A stretch of 64,000 nucleotides of DNA. Origin: Geosiphon pyriformis uo1 (lineage: Eukaryota > Fungi > Glomeromycota). Shown here one piece after another: positions 11,296 to 24,718 of this stretch (positions are counted from its first letter, which is position 1; each line of letters begins with the position of its first letter). The DNA is taken from contig JAAOMT010000129.1 of assembly GCA_016748015.1 (NCBI GenBank), positions 186,001 to 250,000 on the forward strand, read 5' to 3'. The notes under the pieces are model-generated. The model made no database searches, was not told the DNA's origin, and saw nothing but the letters and a program-made list of their open reading frames with translations. The position numbers and the translations under genes are program-made.

Positions 11296-14200
11296 TTAAA
11301 GGCATTTCATAGATTTGAAGCATGAATGATATTTTAGGTTTGGAATTAAAATTTTAAACAGTATTCTAAAAAGCATCTAGCTGCTGTATTGTGAACCTGA
11401 CTTATTTTTCTGAAACTTGGAACTTTCAAATTTCCATTTTTATATGATTCATTTTCATTGTCGAAAAATTGAAATTTCAATTCTTAGCTTACCTTCTAAA
11501 TAAATTCAGGATAAAATATTGGGATTTATAATTGATTGATTTTATTTCTTTTTGAAGAAATTTGTTACTGTAATTCACACAATATAGTAAAATTGTATAT
11601 GTTTACATTTACACCACTTATTTTTTATAGATAAAAAAATTATTTTTGTTGTAAAGCACTTACTAATCTGTAATTAATGTATAATAAAATGGAATTTTCA
11701 AAATTAAATAATAGTACTTTTTTTATATTTTGTTAAATTATTTTTTATACATATAATATTTTGTTTACAAATTTTTTTGTTTAGAATCTGACAGTTATAT
11801 ACAGTTCTGATTTGAATATATATTAATAATAAAGCTAAGAAAAAACTGGTATTAATTCTAAAAAAGCATTTTACAAGTAAATTTAAGAATTTTGAAAAAA
11901 CTTTAATAATAATAATAGCAGAGTTTTTTTTGAATAAGTATGTAGTGTTTAATATATTAATATGTTGGTAACATTTTTTTGAAAAACTTAACTTTAAAAT
12001 AATAAATAAAACAATAAGTTTAAAACAATTTTAATTATCTGTGTTAATAATTTTTTTATTTAAAGAAAAAATAATGTTTGTTATTAAGAAATTATTTGTT
12101 TTAAATATTAACTTGTTGATTGTAAAAAAGATTTTTATTTTTTCAAAATTTTAATGAAATTTTTTAAATTATTTTTTACTTTTAAATTGAGCTTTGGTTA
12201 AAGCAAAATTATTAATTAAAAAAAGTAATTTATTTAAATACTAATTTTAAACATATAAAATATTTATTTAAATTAAAAAGTAATTATTTAAAAAAACTTT
12301 AATTAATATTTTTAAAAAAACTGTAATAAATATAATTTTTAAGTTTAACAAGATCTTTTTAATCAAGTTATAATTGTTTAAGCTATATTAAAAAACTGTA
12401 ATAAAATTTGCCAAATTAAATTTGGTTTATTTTAGTTAAAAAAAAAATATAGTTTATATTGTAAAAATTATTATTATAAACAAAAAATTATGAATTAAAA
12501 AAGATGTGTATTGTGTTTTGTTATATATTTTGTTAATAAACATAAATATTTATAATTTTTGGAATATTTTGGCTTTTGTTAATAAAAAAATTTGTATTAT
12601 TATTAATAAAAATTCTCATACTTATATAAGATATTAATATGTTACAGTTTGTTTTAACTTAAAAAAAGTTTAATTAAGAATATAAATTGAATAGTACAAA
12701 TATTATTTTGATATAAGTAAATCTTAATTTATTTAGATATATATTATATAGTTGTATTAATTATACTGTTTTAAAATATAAATTTGGTAAAAAATTTTTT
12801 TTTTTGGTTTAAATATTTTTTACTTAATAACAACAAATTTTATTTATGCTAAAAAAATTGCTTTTATTAGTTATTTTATTGGTTTTGGTAAAAAAAAATA
12901 ATCTGGGTTTAGATGATAATTAAAAACTTGAATAAAAATATTTTTGGTTTTGGTGTTATTTTTTTGAATTAGTTTTTTATTTATTTATTTATTTATTTAT
13001 TTATTAATTTCAGATAATTTAAGTTTGAGTATGAGTATAATTTTAAACTGTTAACTAATTAAGTAAATGTATTAATATGATTTATGCTCTTTTTTGCTTA
13101 TTAATAATTAAGAATCTCAGTTTGGCTTCAACTAATTTGATATTTTTAGTACTTAATTTAGAGTTTATTCTGATTTTTTAATATTCATATTAAAATAACA
13201 TTAAATTTTACTTATCAACAAAGCTTTTTGCTAATATCAAGTATGATTTAAAGTTGGCTGTTTTTAAAATAAAAGCTAGATAATCTGTTAAAAACAGGTT
13301 TGAATTTGAGAATAAAATAAAGTTTCTTAAGTGCTTAATTAGTTTTATTATATATATTATTTCTTTATAAATAATTTAGTTTAGAAAATTGCAACATATA
13401 ATTCAACTCGGATCAATGATGTCCACTCAATAATTGAATTCTAATTAACAGATTCAGTGTCATTGTTATTAATTCTGCGTGCGTTTCGTATTTCAATAGA
13501 TTATAGTTAATACAAGACTGGATACAAATAGAAACAAAAAAAAATAGTTTAATGAACCTTATTAAGTCATTCTTCCAAAACAATTCCATTTCACGGGGTA
13601 AAAATATTTATTGGAGAAGTGACAAGTTGGAAAATGAAATTTAATATCATAAATAGTAATGAAACGGGAATCTAATACTTGGAAGGGAAAAAATTAGACT
13701 ATTTGTAACTAGAGATCGTCATAATGAGTACACACAAGAGCCCCGATTTTGTAATAAATGACAAAATGCAGATCGTCAGAGGATGACATTTTTAATTGCG
13801 TAAGCCCAGTATAAAAGACAAAAACACATGATTTCTCTATAAACCTCTACTCTTTTAACTTCTTCTAAACTATACTCAATTAGTTCTTCAAAGATCATAT
13901 GGGACTCTTATTAATATATATATTAGAAGGTGAAATTGGGCTGCTGTTAACAGTATTTATGGTAACCGATGAAAGAGTAGTTTTGTCGGTGTAGTATCAT
14001 GAAAGTACTTACAATTCATCTTGAAACTATTAATTACAACAAGGGATTTTTATAGAATTGATTACAGGTATAAATGTGACAGTAAAGAGACAAGATTTTT
14101 GAAAGTAGAAGCGTGTTTTGGTAAAAAGTTAGTTTGTGTGCTTAGGACATTAATAACAAAAGAATTATTATTGATTTACACATTTAATTATTTGTTAACA

Positions 14201-14490
14201 ATGTTTATGTTTCAAATTTAATTTTCAACTTTGAAATATTATAGATATTTTTGTATACAAAATATAATCAAATAATTAAAATAAATGAAATTCAGTTAAT
14301 GAAGTAAGTAAATATTATTTTTAATACATAATTATAATTTTATTTATCTTTTTAGGTAGCTACTAGGTGAAAAAGTTAAAATGAATAATTTAGCCTTAAG
14401 ACTTTCTAGTTAAATTATAAAACCACTTTCCTTATTCCTAAAACAATAGGAACTATTATTTCTAAAAATTTTAAAATCTATAATCATTTT

Positions 14491-14526
<36 letters not shown>

Positions 14527-15301
14527 TAATAACAATAATAATAATAATAACAATAATAATAATAAATAAATGCTAAATGATTGAATGTATTTTTAGTTTC
14601 AATGAGAAAACCGACCGTATTTTCAAAAGAAACAAAAACCAGATCCCAGTTTTAATTAGTCTATTCAAATCAATAAAGTAATGAAAGAACAAATAAATCA
14701 TCTGATTTCGGTGTTCAGGTGATGTGTGACGAGTATTCTTTTAGATCAAAATTTTTTACAAAATGATGCTAATGATTTCGAGAAATCGAAAAAGCTCAAA
14801 ATGCCAAATGAATAATTATTCAGATAAAAAAATTTTACTTTTTAAAAAATCAGAGCCAATAAATGGGTGTCAAAGTACTGCGTAGTTTTTTGCTAAACTT
14901 TTTTGAGAGTTTCAATCAAACAACAGATCAACACTTTGATACTCCTTCTCGGCCGGTTTGTTTTTGCAATGATACCATTTCACTTACTAAAGAAACTTTA
15001 TACTTTTATGCTTAATAATCAATCACGCAAGATTCGTTCTTTATGACCTATGTGTCAGAGCTTTTGGATCGATCGCTGAAAAAAAATGATGAAGGATTCA
15101 TTTTTAAGTATTTGCAAAAAGAAAAAAACTTTTTATTTTACAGCGGACTGGGTTCCAGTCCTGACATAATGTTTATGTTGGAATAATTAATTTGAAATGG
15201 TGAGCGAAACTTTAAAGTTGTGATTTCTAGAAAAAAAGGGCTTCAAAATATTTCCGAAATTATTTTAATTTTGCCACCTGGTAGTTAAATTTCAATTATC
15301 C

Positions 15302-15302
<1 letters not shown>

Positions 15303-15370
<68 letters not shown>
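15303..15370. repeat. (TATC)n microsatellite
   Basis: Perfect array visible in the sequence. Confidence 0.95.
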
Positions 15371-16186
15371 AACCACCTTAGACGGACGGGAGGAGATTGA
15401 AAATGAAAATATTATTCTTGCATTATTGATGTAATCATTTCAAAAATTTTTGCATCATGTTATGTTGCACATGACACATCTTTGGAAGAGAGTACATTTA
15501 ATAATAAAAGAAGATCGGAAATTATTCCCCGAAAGTGCGGAATCCCGAGACGGTGGATTTTGCGGGGGGAAAATTTCTTTTTTCTAAAAAGAAATTTTTA
15601 CCATAATGCTAATGATAATAAAATATATATAAAAGAGATTTTCAATATTACCTTTATATTGTATGAAACAGTAAATATTTATTGGAAAAAGAAATTTGAG
15701 CTAGATAAATTTGGTAAATCAAGTTTTGATTGAATAAAGTTAATTGACATGACAGCATAAAGATTTTTATGAAACCAGTTTCACCAGAAATCTAACCACC
15801 TTAAAGACCGCCGAGATATTCGATTTAATTGGTTTTTAAAAGTTACTAAAATCAGGTAGAATTCAATTTCATTCAAATTTTTCCCCGGATAAAAGGTCAA
15901 TACCCTAAATTCAATGGGTAACTTTGAATGGTACAAAAATTCAAAAGTTTTTCACAATTTCTATTTGAATACATGACCAAAATGACTTGTATAAAAACAA
16001 GACGTACTTTGGAATGGTTTCGAAATTTGGCCAAACATCTTTGTCCCAAATAACACCTTAATTTATATCGCTTGCAAAACTCTTTTAAGTGTTAAATACC
16101 AACATCATCATCATCATCATCACCATATGTTTTCACATTGAAATCAATTCATTTACACAATTTTCAAATACCGTTAAAATCTCCAA

Positions 16187-17035
16187 ATGATGGAATCTAA
16201 ACACTCCACTTCCATCATCCACACCTATTCCCCTCCTAAATTCCCACCATCTCTGACAACTCAAGACCTAATTTCTAGTGCTATAATGAAATTAAATGCC
16301 ACAAATAAACGAGGCAAGACACCAAACGCTTTCATGGCATATCGCATGGCATTTCAAAAGGAGTTATCCACAAGTCGAACTTACCTTAATATGCGACAAT
16401 TATCTGGTATTGCTGGAAAGCTCTGGAGACAGGAACCAGAATACGTGAAAGCAAAGTATAAAGAGATGATCAAGAATGCTGAGAAAGAATTTGACAGAAT
16501 TGCACAGGTGGCACTTCCTTTCAGGTTCTTAATGATGAAGGATAATGGTAAGGAAGTCACGGGGGAATCTGAGGATGGGAATAAAAGTTTGGAGATTGTT
16601 TATAAAGAACCCTCGTTAATAAAACAAACTCATCATAATCTAAATATGCCGGTTCATATTCAGGATCCTGATCCACTCAATAATAAGCAAATGCAAGCTA
16701 TATCCACCCCAAATATAAGTTCTATATTACCATTCAATCAAAATCAACCATTTAACTCAATTCATTCATCGAATCTGCAACAAGCCGCTGCTTCTTTTAA
16801 AATTCCTACTCCTCTTAGGAATATACATTCATTAACCATTGAACAATCTTCTTCCATGTACCATGTAAAGGAGCATAATCAGGTCTTGGAGCAACGTGTA
16901 TTCACCCTTGAAAATTTATTGGGGGATTTTTTTACATTACAATGTATCCAATGTTTCAACTGTTTTCATCCTTTGAGTCTGGAAGAGCGTGTGGCTAGGT
17001 TGGAAGATTTGATTGATAGGTTGATCAATGAATGA
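16187..17035 (+). CDS. MATA_HMG-type HMG-box transcription factor, 282 aa, intronless
   Basis: KTPNAFMAYRMAFQKEL..NMRQLSGIAGKLWRQEPEYVKAKYKEM is an HMG box of the MATA_HMG class, preceded by the PPKFPPSLT..DLI motif I associate with the family expanded in Glomeromycotina. TATA-like gtataaaa lies at ~15989. Confidence 0.92.
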   Translation: MMESKHSTSIIHTYSPPKFPPSLTTQDLISSAIMKLNATNKRGKTPNAFMAYRMAFQKELSTSRTYLNMRQLSGIAGKLWRQEPEYVKAKYKEMIKNAEKEFDRIAQVALPFRFLMMKDNGKEVTGESEDGNKSLEIVYKEPSLIKQTHHNLNMPVHIQDPDPLNNKQMQAISTPNISSILPFNQNQPFNSIHSSNLQQAAASFKIPTPLRNIHSLTIEQSSSMYHVKEHNQVLEQRVFTLENLLGDFFTLQCIQCFNCFHPLSLEERVARLEDLIDRLINE

Positions 17036-17907
17036 AGCATTCTACATTAACATCTATTGGTTTTTTATGTAGTTCAAATTTTCAATTTATTTTTTAAGTT
17101 TATATATATATAGATATATATATATAAATATATATGTTGAATAAAATATGAATGTCAAAATTTATTTTTGATATGACAATTAATTGAAATCTTGTATGAC
17201 TTTGAAAAAATGCATTTGAAAATAAAAGGTTTGATAAAAAGTGTTACAAAATAATTGTAGAAATGAATAAAGATTAATTATAGATGGGATCCATTTTTTT
17301 CGGAAAAATGGGTACTCAAAGTTTAAAATCTTTAAAGAACCCAATGAACCTGATTCATTATTTAAAATTTTTATTTGTGTTTCAACAATAAAAGAAAAGA
17401 TGAGAAGATTTTCATAGAGTTCCCCCTTAATATATCTAGCATGATCTCGATTTTAATTAGAAGGTTAAAGTTTTTTTTTTATCTTTTCAATATGCGATAA
17501 TATTGATTGCTTTCGGTGTACATAATTATCAAAAAAATGATAGCTATGTTTTTTAATATATATTTATGTAACAGAATCAAATGGTAATAAAGAATTTTGG
17601 CACATTTTAATCTTTCACCTATTTCATTGAAGGAAAATATTGACTCTCTCAATATTTTGTTCAAATTTGAATGATAGAATTTTCAGTTTTGATTAGGGGG
17701 TTTGCAGTCAAAAGGTTTTCAGTCAGAGAGTTTACGGTCAAAGGGTTTACCGTCAAAGGGTTTAATAAAGATAAGAATATTCTTTATCTGTTAAATTCTT
17801 GAAGTTTTTTCAATAAACCTTATTTTATCAATCTTTTATAAAATTAAAATAAATTAATATTGATATTGAATTTTTATATTAAAAAAATATTTTTGTAATT
17901 AATAATG

Positions 17908-17974
<67 letters not shown>

Positions 17975-18563
17975 TTTATTTATTTAAAAATTATTTCACA
18001 ATTTAAAAAATACTTATCAAAAAGAAAAAACATTTTGTTTAATGATTTATTTTTACTATTATAAAATTTTCTTAAGAATCAAATTTTTTTTTCTAGTGTT
18101 CATTACTTTAATTCAAAATTTTCTTATGAAACAGTTCAAGATTAAATATATTTTCAAAACAAAAAATACAATGAATTTATTTCAGTCAAATATTATCAGT
18201 TGTGTAAAAGTATTCCACATAAGTTATACGAATATTCTATATCTGTATGTATAAGAATTATAATAATACAAAATAATTTAAATTTTTTAACAGTTGGAAA
18301 TGTTTAATGTTTTCCTAGCGAGAAAGTAAAGATTCTTTTTATGTGTAAATTGAGCAGCTAGTTATTTGTATTGTAAATTGGGTTGGTTAATTGATTGATT
18401 GATTGATTGATTGATTGGTCATTTTTCTCTTTTATAAATTTTCCTTTTACCCTTGTTTGGTACACATTAAACTTTTAACCTTTCTGACCATTCATTCAAT
18501 TGTCTCTTTTGATATTATAGTTTCAAAAAACAGGTAAATGTTATTACTCAAGATCCCTTGTTG

Positions 18564-19497
18564 TTAATATTCATTCATACCTAGATCTTTGATACTCTCA
18601 ATATCCGGATCATACATGGTTTCCAATTTTTGACGACGAGCAACGTATGAAGTTATGACGAATGAAAAGTATATCTATTAATTAGAAAAAGCAATTAAAT
18701 CAAAATTTTTAGCTTTTCTTTGGAAATAATTCAAATAATCAAATTCTTAATTAAAAATCAAACCATATACATACCGATAAAATGGATCCTAAAATCTTGA
18801 TTACAATCCAAATTGGCAACGTTACATTGTATGCTCTCTTACATATCGACATTTCATTCATATAAATTTCATTGCCTTGTTTATTGATTGACGCGCCGTG
18901 ACATTTTTCAAGGAAAGTGTCTTTGTAAACGGAGTGAATAATTATGTCAGTTACGTTCATTGTAACCAATAGGAATACGATCACATAGGAGAGATAGGAA
19001 TACATTTTTAAACGAAATGTCGTTTCCTGTGAATTTGAAATAGAGATAAGAAAATTAAATATTGTCAAGAAAATTAAAAATTAAAAATAAAAATAAAAAT
19101 AAAAAAGAAAGGAAAAGAAATCTTTTTTAATTACCTTGAATCCAACGATAAATATTCCATAGATTGAGATTAGAGCAATAAATAAATGTCCTATGGCTAT
19201 TGGATAATTGTATGCGTCTAAGTATGAATAAACTTTGAGGAACAAAACAACATGAGATAGTTAGTTTTTTATTCCTAAAAGAATTTAATATGAGACAAGA
19301 AAATGAAATAAAATAAAATAAAATACATTATACTTACTATCTTTTGAACTTTTATAGGCGGCTGTGTACAAGAAATGAAGTATACAAATAGCCAAGCTAT
19401 ACAACTATTTTTAAATTATAGTAGTAATGAAGAAAAGTTGAATTGATTGGTAAAAATGTCAATTATGTCAAAGCAAAAAATTAATACTTTATCTCTT

Positions 19498-19589
<92 letters not shown>

Positions 19590-19862
19590 TTCAAGTCTTA
19601 ATCTCTCCCTGAAAATAAATAAAAAAAGGTTCTTTGAAAAACTCACCAAGCAAACCGTAGAAATAGCCAACACTCCTGGTTTCAATCTTATACCGAAACA
19701 ACAGGTGGCCATTCGACCTGGTCGTGCTCTACCTTTTAGTGTTCGTTTTCGGTTAATAGTTCTATCTTTGTTATCACTATCAATACTCGTTTCATAAGAT
19801 TGACTTTCAACTACTGTCGATATTGATGATTCCATTCTTGGAGAATGCCCTGATGAGTCCAT
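18564..19862 (-). CDS. Five-exon gene for a ~242-aa four-transmembrane protein, paralogue of 1922-3121
   Basis: Exons 19862-19647, 19404-19338, 19217-19135, 19026-18775 and 18674-18564 (GT-AG, phases 0,1,0,0) give MDSSGHSP..MATCCFGIRLKPGVLAISTVCL|LYSLAICILHFLY..|NAYNYPIAIGHLFIALISIYGIFIVGFK|ETTFRLKMYSY..EKCHG..SICKRAY..ILS|IYFSFVITSYVARRQK..MNEY*. Confidence 0.88.
19495..19590. repeat. (TCTA)/(TTTC)n microsatellite in intron 1 of the 4-TM gene
   Basis: Visible array; it accounts for the KKER/LSFF ORF tails. Confidence 0.9.
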
Positions 19863-20873
19863 ATTTTTGGATGTAAAGACAAATGATTACGAAGCAGATG
19901 TTTGTTTGTTTGTTGGTTGGTTGGTTGGTTGGTTGGTTGGTGGATGAATGGATGGATAAAAATCTTGAAGTAGATATCGATTTATATTCTACCTTTCAAT
20001 CGACTTGTTAAAGTTAATATTTTAAAATCTTTTTGAGGTATTTGTATATTAAAAAAAAGTGATTCGTTTCAATTAATTTTGTAGCCTTTTTTACATCAAA
20101 TAAGACGAGGAAAACGTCTAGAAACAACAACAACAACAACAACAACAAAAAGAAGAGTCAATAAAATCAAAAGATATTAAATTATATCCCGAGTCCTTGA
20201 AGTCAAGTTATTATACCATTATTAGGAAAACGCGTGCATCCTATAGTATGCATGAAATGTTCTCAGTATTTTTTTTTTAGGCACTATATTATGTCGTGTC
20301 CCAGACAGTGATTATAAAATGATATATCAACTATCCCTGGAATTTTTAATTATATAAGATTGACATAGGTTTTATTGGTTCGTTCATCATGTTGATAAAG
20401 ATTTTGATTAACAAGAAGTTTTTTTTTGAAAACCATTCAAAAGTGGTAATTATATTTTAAAAAATTTCAAATTAGGTAAATTGTAACAGCAGCAAATGAC
20501 ATTGTGAAATTGGATTTATTAATTCTAGTAAACAACTCTGCTATTATGAATTTTTTCGAGGGAGACCTTTGAAATGAGAAATAATTTTTGTAAACGTGAT
20601 GAATTGATATTGGGGGGAGGTAATTGAAATTGAGAAAAATTTTTATTCTTTTTTTAAAAACATTTAACACCAAGATTTTTTCATTGACTGAAATTTCAAA
20701 AACTAAAAATAAAGTTTGATATCTTGTTTTTAGATTTATATTTAGTACACGATAACCGAATTTTGATATCGGGTCAAACTGAGATAAAAGAATTTATGAC
20801 TAAAAGGGCAACATTTTGATTATGATATTAAGTAAGTAATTTCCCAATAGAGATATATCACTTACTCTATGTT

Positions 20874-20925
<52 letters not shown>

Positions 20926-23900
20926 TGTATGTATGTAGGTATGTATGTATGTTCTTATCTAATTTGGAATTGAGCATTAAAATTCAAACCCCTTTTTTTT
21001 ACCTTTGATTTTTATTCCAAATCTATGACGTTATTTTAATTATTGAGCAATTTCATAAAATGGACTGATGGAATCTCTTTTTAATCTTATCAACAACATG
21101 GATTACGTTAATTTTGATTAATAAATTATATTCGGGGGGGGGGTGGTTTTTTTCATAGAATCATTGAAATCTCTTAAAAGTAGTTGTTCTTTTTTTAATA
21201 TTGACGTTTAAAAGTAATTATCCTGTTTATTGAGGCCTAGAGCTAATAAGAGAAAATTAAAAATTTAAGCAATTTAATCAATCAAATTAAATCAAGTCAA
21301 ATCAAATCAAGTCAAATCAAATCAAGTCAAATCAAATCAAGTCAAATCAAATCAAACAAACACAATATACGTATATATTATATTGTATATTGTATTAGAT
21401 CACAAAAATTTATATAAACTCAAAAATTAAATTTACACTGTAATATATATATATTTACAGATTTTTTGTTTATTCATTTTATTTATTTAGCAATTATGTA
21501 TATATTTGAAAGATTTTTACAAAGATTTTAATTCAATATTTCCTTAGTGTTAAAATTAAAAATTGACGTTAAACAACAATGATTACCAGTGTAATCAGTG
21601 CCACCATAATAAAATTAAAAAATAAACAAACCTTCTATAAAGAAAAAAGAGTGTTTACACTTGTGCACTTTTTGAGATTAATTAGATTGGTAAATTTTTT
21701 TCATCACATATAGAAACTGAAAAAGAAGTTAAAATTTTTTAAAACCTTATTGAATATGAATATGAATATTAATCTTTTTAATGAAAATAAAATTTAAAAG
21801 GTATTTTTTTTTAAAATACTTTTTCAAAAATAATATATAAATCCTGATTTATATATTATTATAAAAATTACAAAAAATTATGATTATTAATTAAATGAAA
21901 ATAAAGTTATTCCTACTTTTTAATGAATAATAGTCTTCTTTTTTTTTTTTTTAAAGAGAAAGTTTTTTAAAATTCATGTTTTAAATCTTTAAAACAATTT
22001 TTTCTGGTCATATTTATAATCTTTACTATGTTTCATTTTAAAATTGAATATGAATAATGATAATTATTAACCTTATTATTATTAACCTTATTAATAATAT
22101 TATTATTATTGTTATTATTTTGTATCATATTTTCATGAATATTTTTTTTATTACTTAAATATTATTCATTTTTCTATCATATAATTGAAAATTTTATTTC
22201 TACAAAATTATAATTTTTGTTTTTTTGATTAAAAATTTTTTTTTACTTTTAATTATATTTTATTAAAAAGAACTCAAAAATTATTGAAAATACAATCAGC
22301 AATATAATAATAATAATAATAATAATTAGAAAAAACCTTAAATATCCAATAAAATATATATCTCAAGTTTTGCCTATTAAATAAACTTTTTAAATCTATG
22401 TACAATTTAAATAAATTAATAAATAAATAATATATATAAATAAATAAATAATATATATCTCTATCTATCTATTTATTTATCTATCTATATATCTATCTAT
22501 CTATTTAATAATTTTAAAATAAATAAAAAAAGAATTTTAACCAGAGGCAATAATAACAACAAAAGAAAATAAATAACAATTGAATTATGTTGAAAACTAT
22601 CAAATTAACGAATGACAAAGGTAAAAATTAAAGTCCATTAAATATGAAAAACCAGTAAAACCCCAAAAAAACCCAAAAAAATTTCGCCAAAATAACCTAT
22701 TAACCTATTAACCTATTAACCAACCAATCAACCGAAAACTTATCTGATGACTAAATCCAAAAAACCCCCACCCCCCCCCCTCCCAGTTTTTCTCACAAAA
22801 TTTAAAATAACCTTGTCAATTTCTTTTGCTATCCCACCTAAAAAACCAATTAAAATTATTTGAACACCAATGTTCATAAATAACCAAAGAAAATCAGCTT
22901 CAACTGATTTCCTTTTTTTAACCTTATAAATACCTAATTAATCAAAATTCCCTCAATTAATCCCTAATTAATAAATAATGCTATCTAAATTTAGAAAATT
23001 CCACTAAATAATAATTCTAGGCCCATAGATATGATGATATATGTATTAAGTCCCTTAAATAATGAATAAGTGCAATTTATATACAATTGCTCCAATAATT
23101 CAGTGAATAATGAATAAAAGAATATTAATACGATCAAGTGTATACGTGATAGATCTATATGAATAAAAGGGTATTTTGACATGGGAGAAAGAATTGATAG
23201 GAAACCTGTCCCATCATCATTCAATAAATAAATAAAAGGTTGGGTACGCGAGAGATTTAAAGAGTTTTTTCAATTTTTTTTATGTAAATTTTTTAAAGGA
23301 ATATGATTTAAAAAGGTTTTTTTTTATTTTTTTTGAGATATATTAATGGTTTTTAAGGTCAGATTTCACATATTGCGTCTTCGAAATCTCATCCCCCTGT
23401 CAAGATCTCAGATTGATGAAGGGAATTTGACCAAAGCCCATTGAATTGTGTGATACCTCAATTATGAACAAAAGGTAAAGGACAATGACCCTTTTTTTCG
23501 ATGCCAAGGATGCAGGTAGGCCGCGAGGAAGCATTAATGAACATTGCTCATCGTTGGCTGAGGACAAGAAGGATGAGTCATTAAAGACTCTTCGAATTGA
23601 GGATGAAGAAAAAATTGCTTTGAGACGACATCAATTTATATATTTCAAGACTATTTAGCTTGTTAACTTGACATCAGAAATTTTGATTTTTTTTTGTGCT
23701 GTTTTTTTTGTCGTTGTTGTTGTTATTGTTGTTGTGTGTGTTTATTTTTTCAAAAGATATCACTTGGATGCACACATAAAAAAGCAGAGTAAACTTTAAT
23801 TGCGTAAATTCTCACCCCCGAGAAAAATCCCCCTAGAGAGAAGGTAACACGTTTTATTTTGGGAATTCTCTAAATGCCTTTAAAAATTGAAGTTCTGGTT

Positions 23901-24065
23901 GGTTGGGACTAAAGAAAATAATAAATTAAACTGCCGACATCCCTTTGAGCTTTGGATTGTTTTGGGGATTTGATTGCAAAAAGTGAGTAGGGATCGATCG
24001 GCAATTTTTTTTTTAAATCAAAGTTATTTATCATAGAAATAGAAATAAAATTTTCAAATAATGGG

Positions 24066-24132
<67 letters not shown>

Positions 24133-24644
24133 CTAGACTCTTGAACTTTCCTCCAGAAATTCAGTAGTATTACTACACGTTTAATTTTCACGACAAAATT
24201 ACATGCTTTTAAGAACTTAAATTTCGATTTACACATGTGACCATGCTCTTGAGGATATATTTGTTTAACAACCAATTACCATTTACAATTGAGTTTACGA
24301 AAATTATAAAATTTTAACGGAAAAATACATGGTATTTTGTTAATAAATATTTGGGTGAAGAAAATCGATCGAACAAATATTCAATTACAAAAAAAAAAAT
24401 CATTTGATCGGTTAACATTTCCTTTACGTGTACTGTTCACTACATCTTCAACAAATATTTTTAAAATATTTTTAGAAACTACAATACCCAAAAGAGCACC
24501 ATCACAAACCAACAAATTATTGGTGTTAAACAAGAAGCTATGAAAACAATTTACCTAAAAAGTGTAATCTCTCAAAGATGATTCTAGAAACGTTTCTCTC
24601 ATAACCAATTGATAAGATTTAATATCATCATCATCATCATCATC

Positions 24645-24718
<74 letters not shown>

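Noticed and set aside
13700-14221. TATA box at ~13810 followed by short ORFs
   Set aside because: Only a 31-aa and a 66-aa ORF with no recognisable features; it may be a gene relic but cannot be supported.
16187-17035. HMG gene as a mating-type (sexM/sexP) locus
   Set aside because: No flanking triose-phosphate transporter or RNA helicase, and MATA_HMG genes are a large family in this group.
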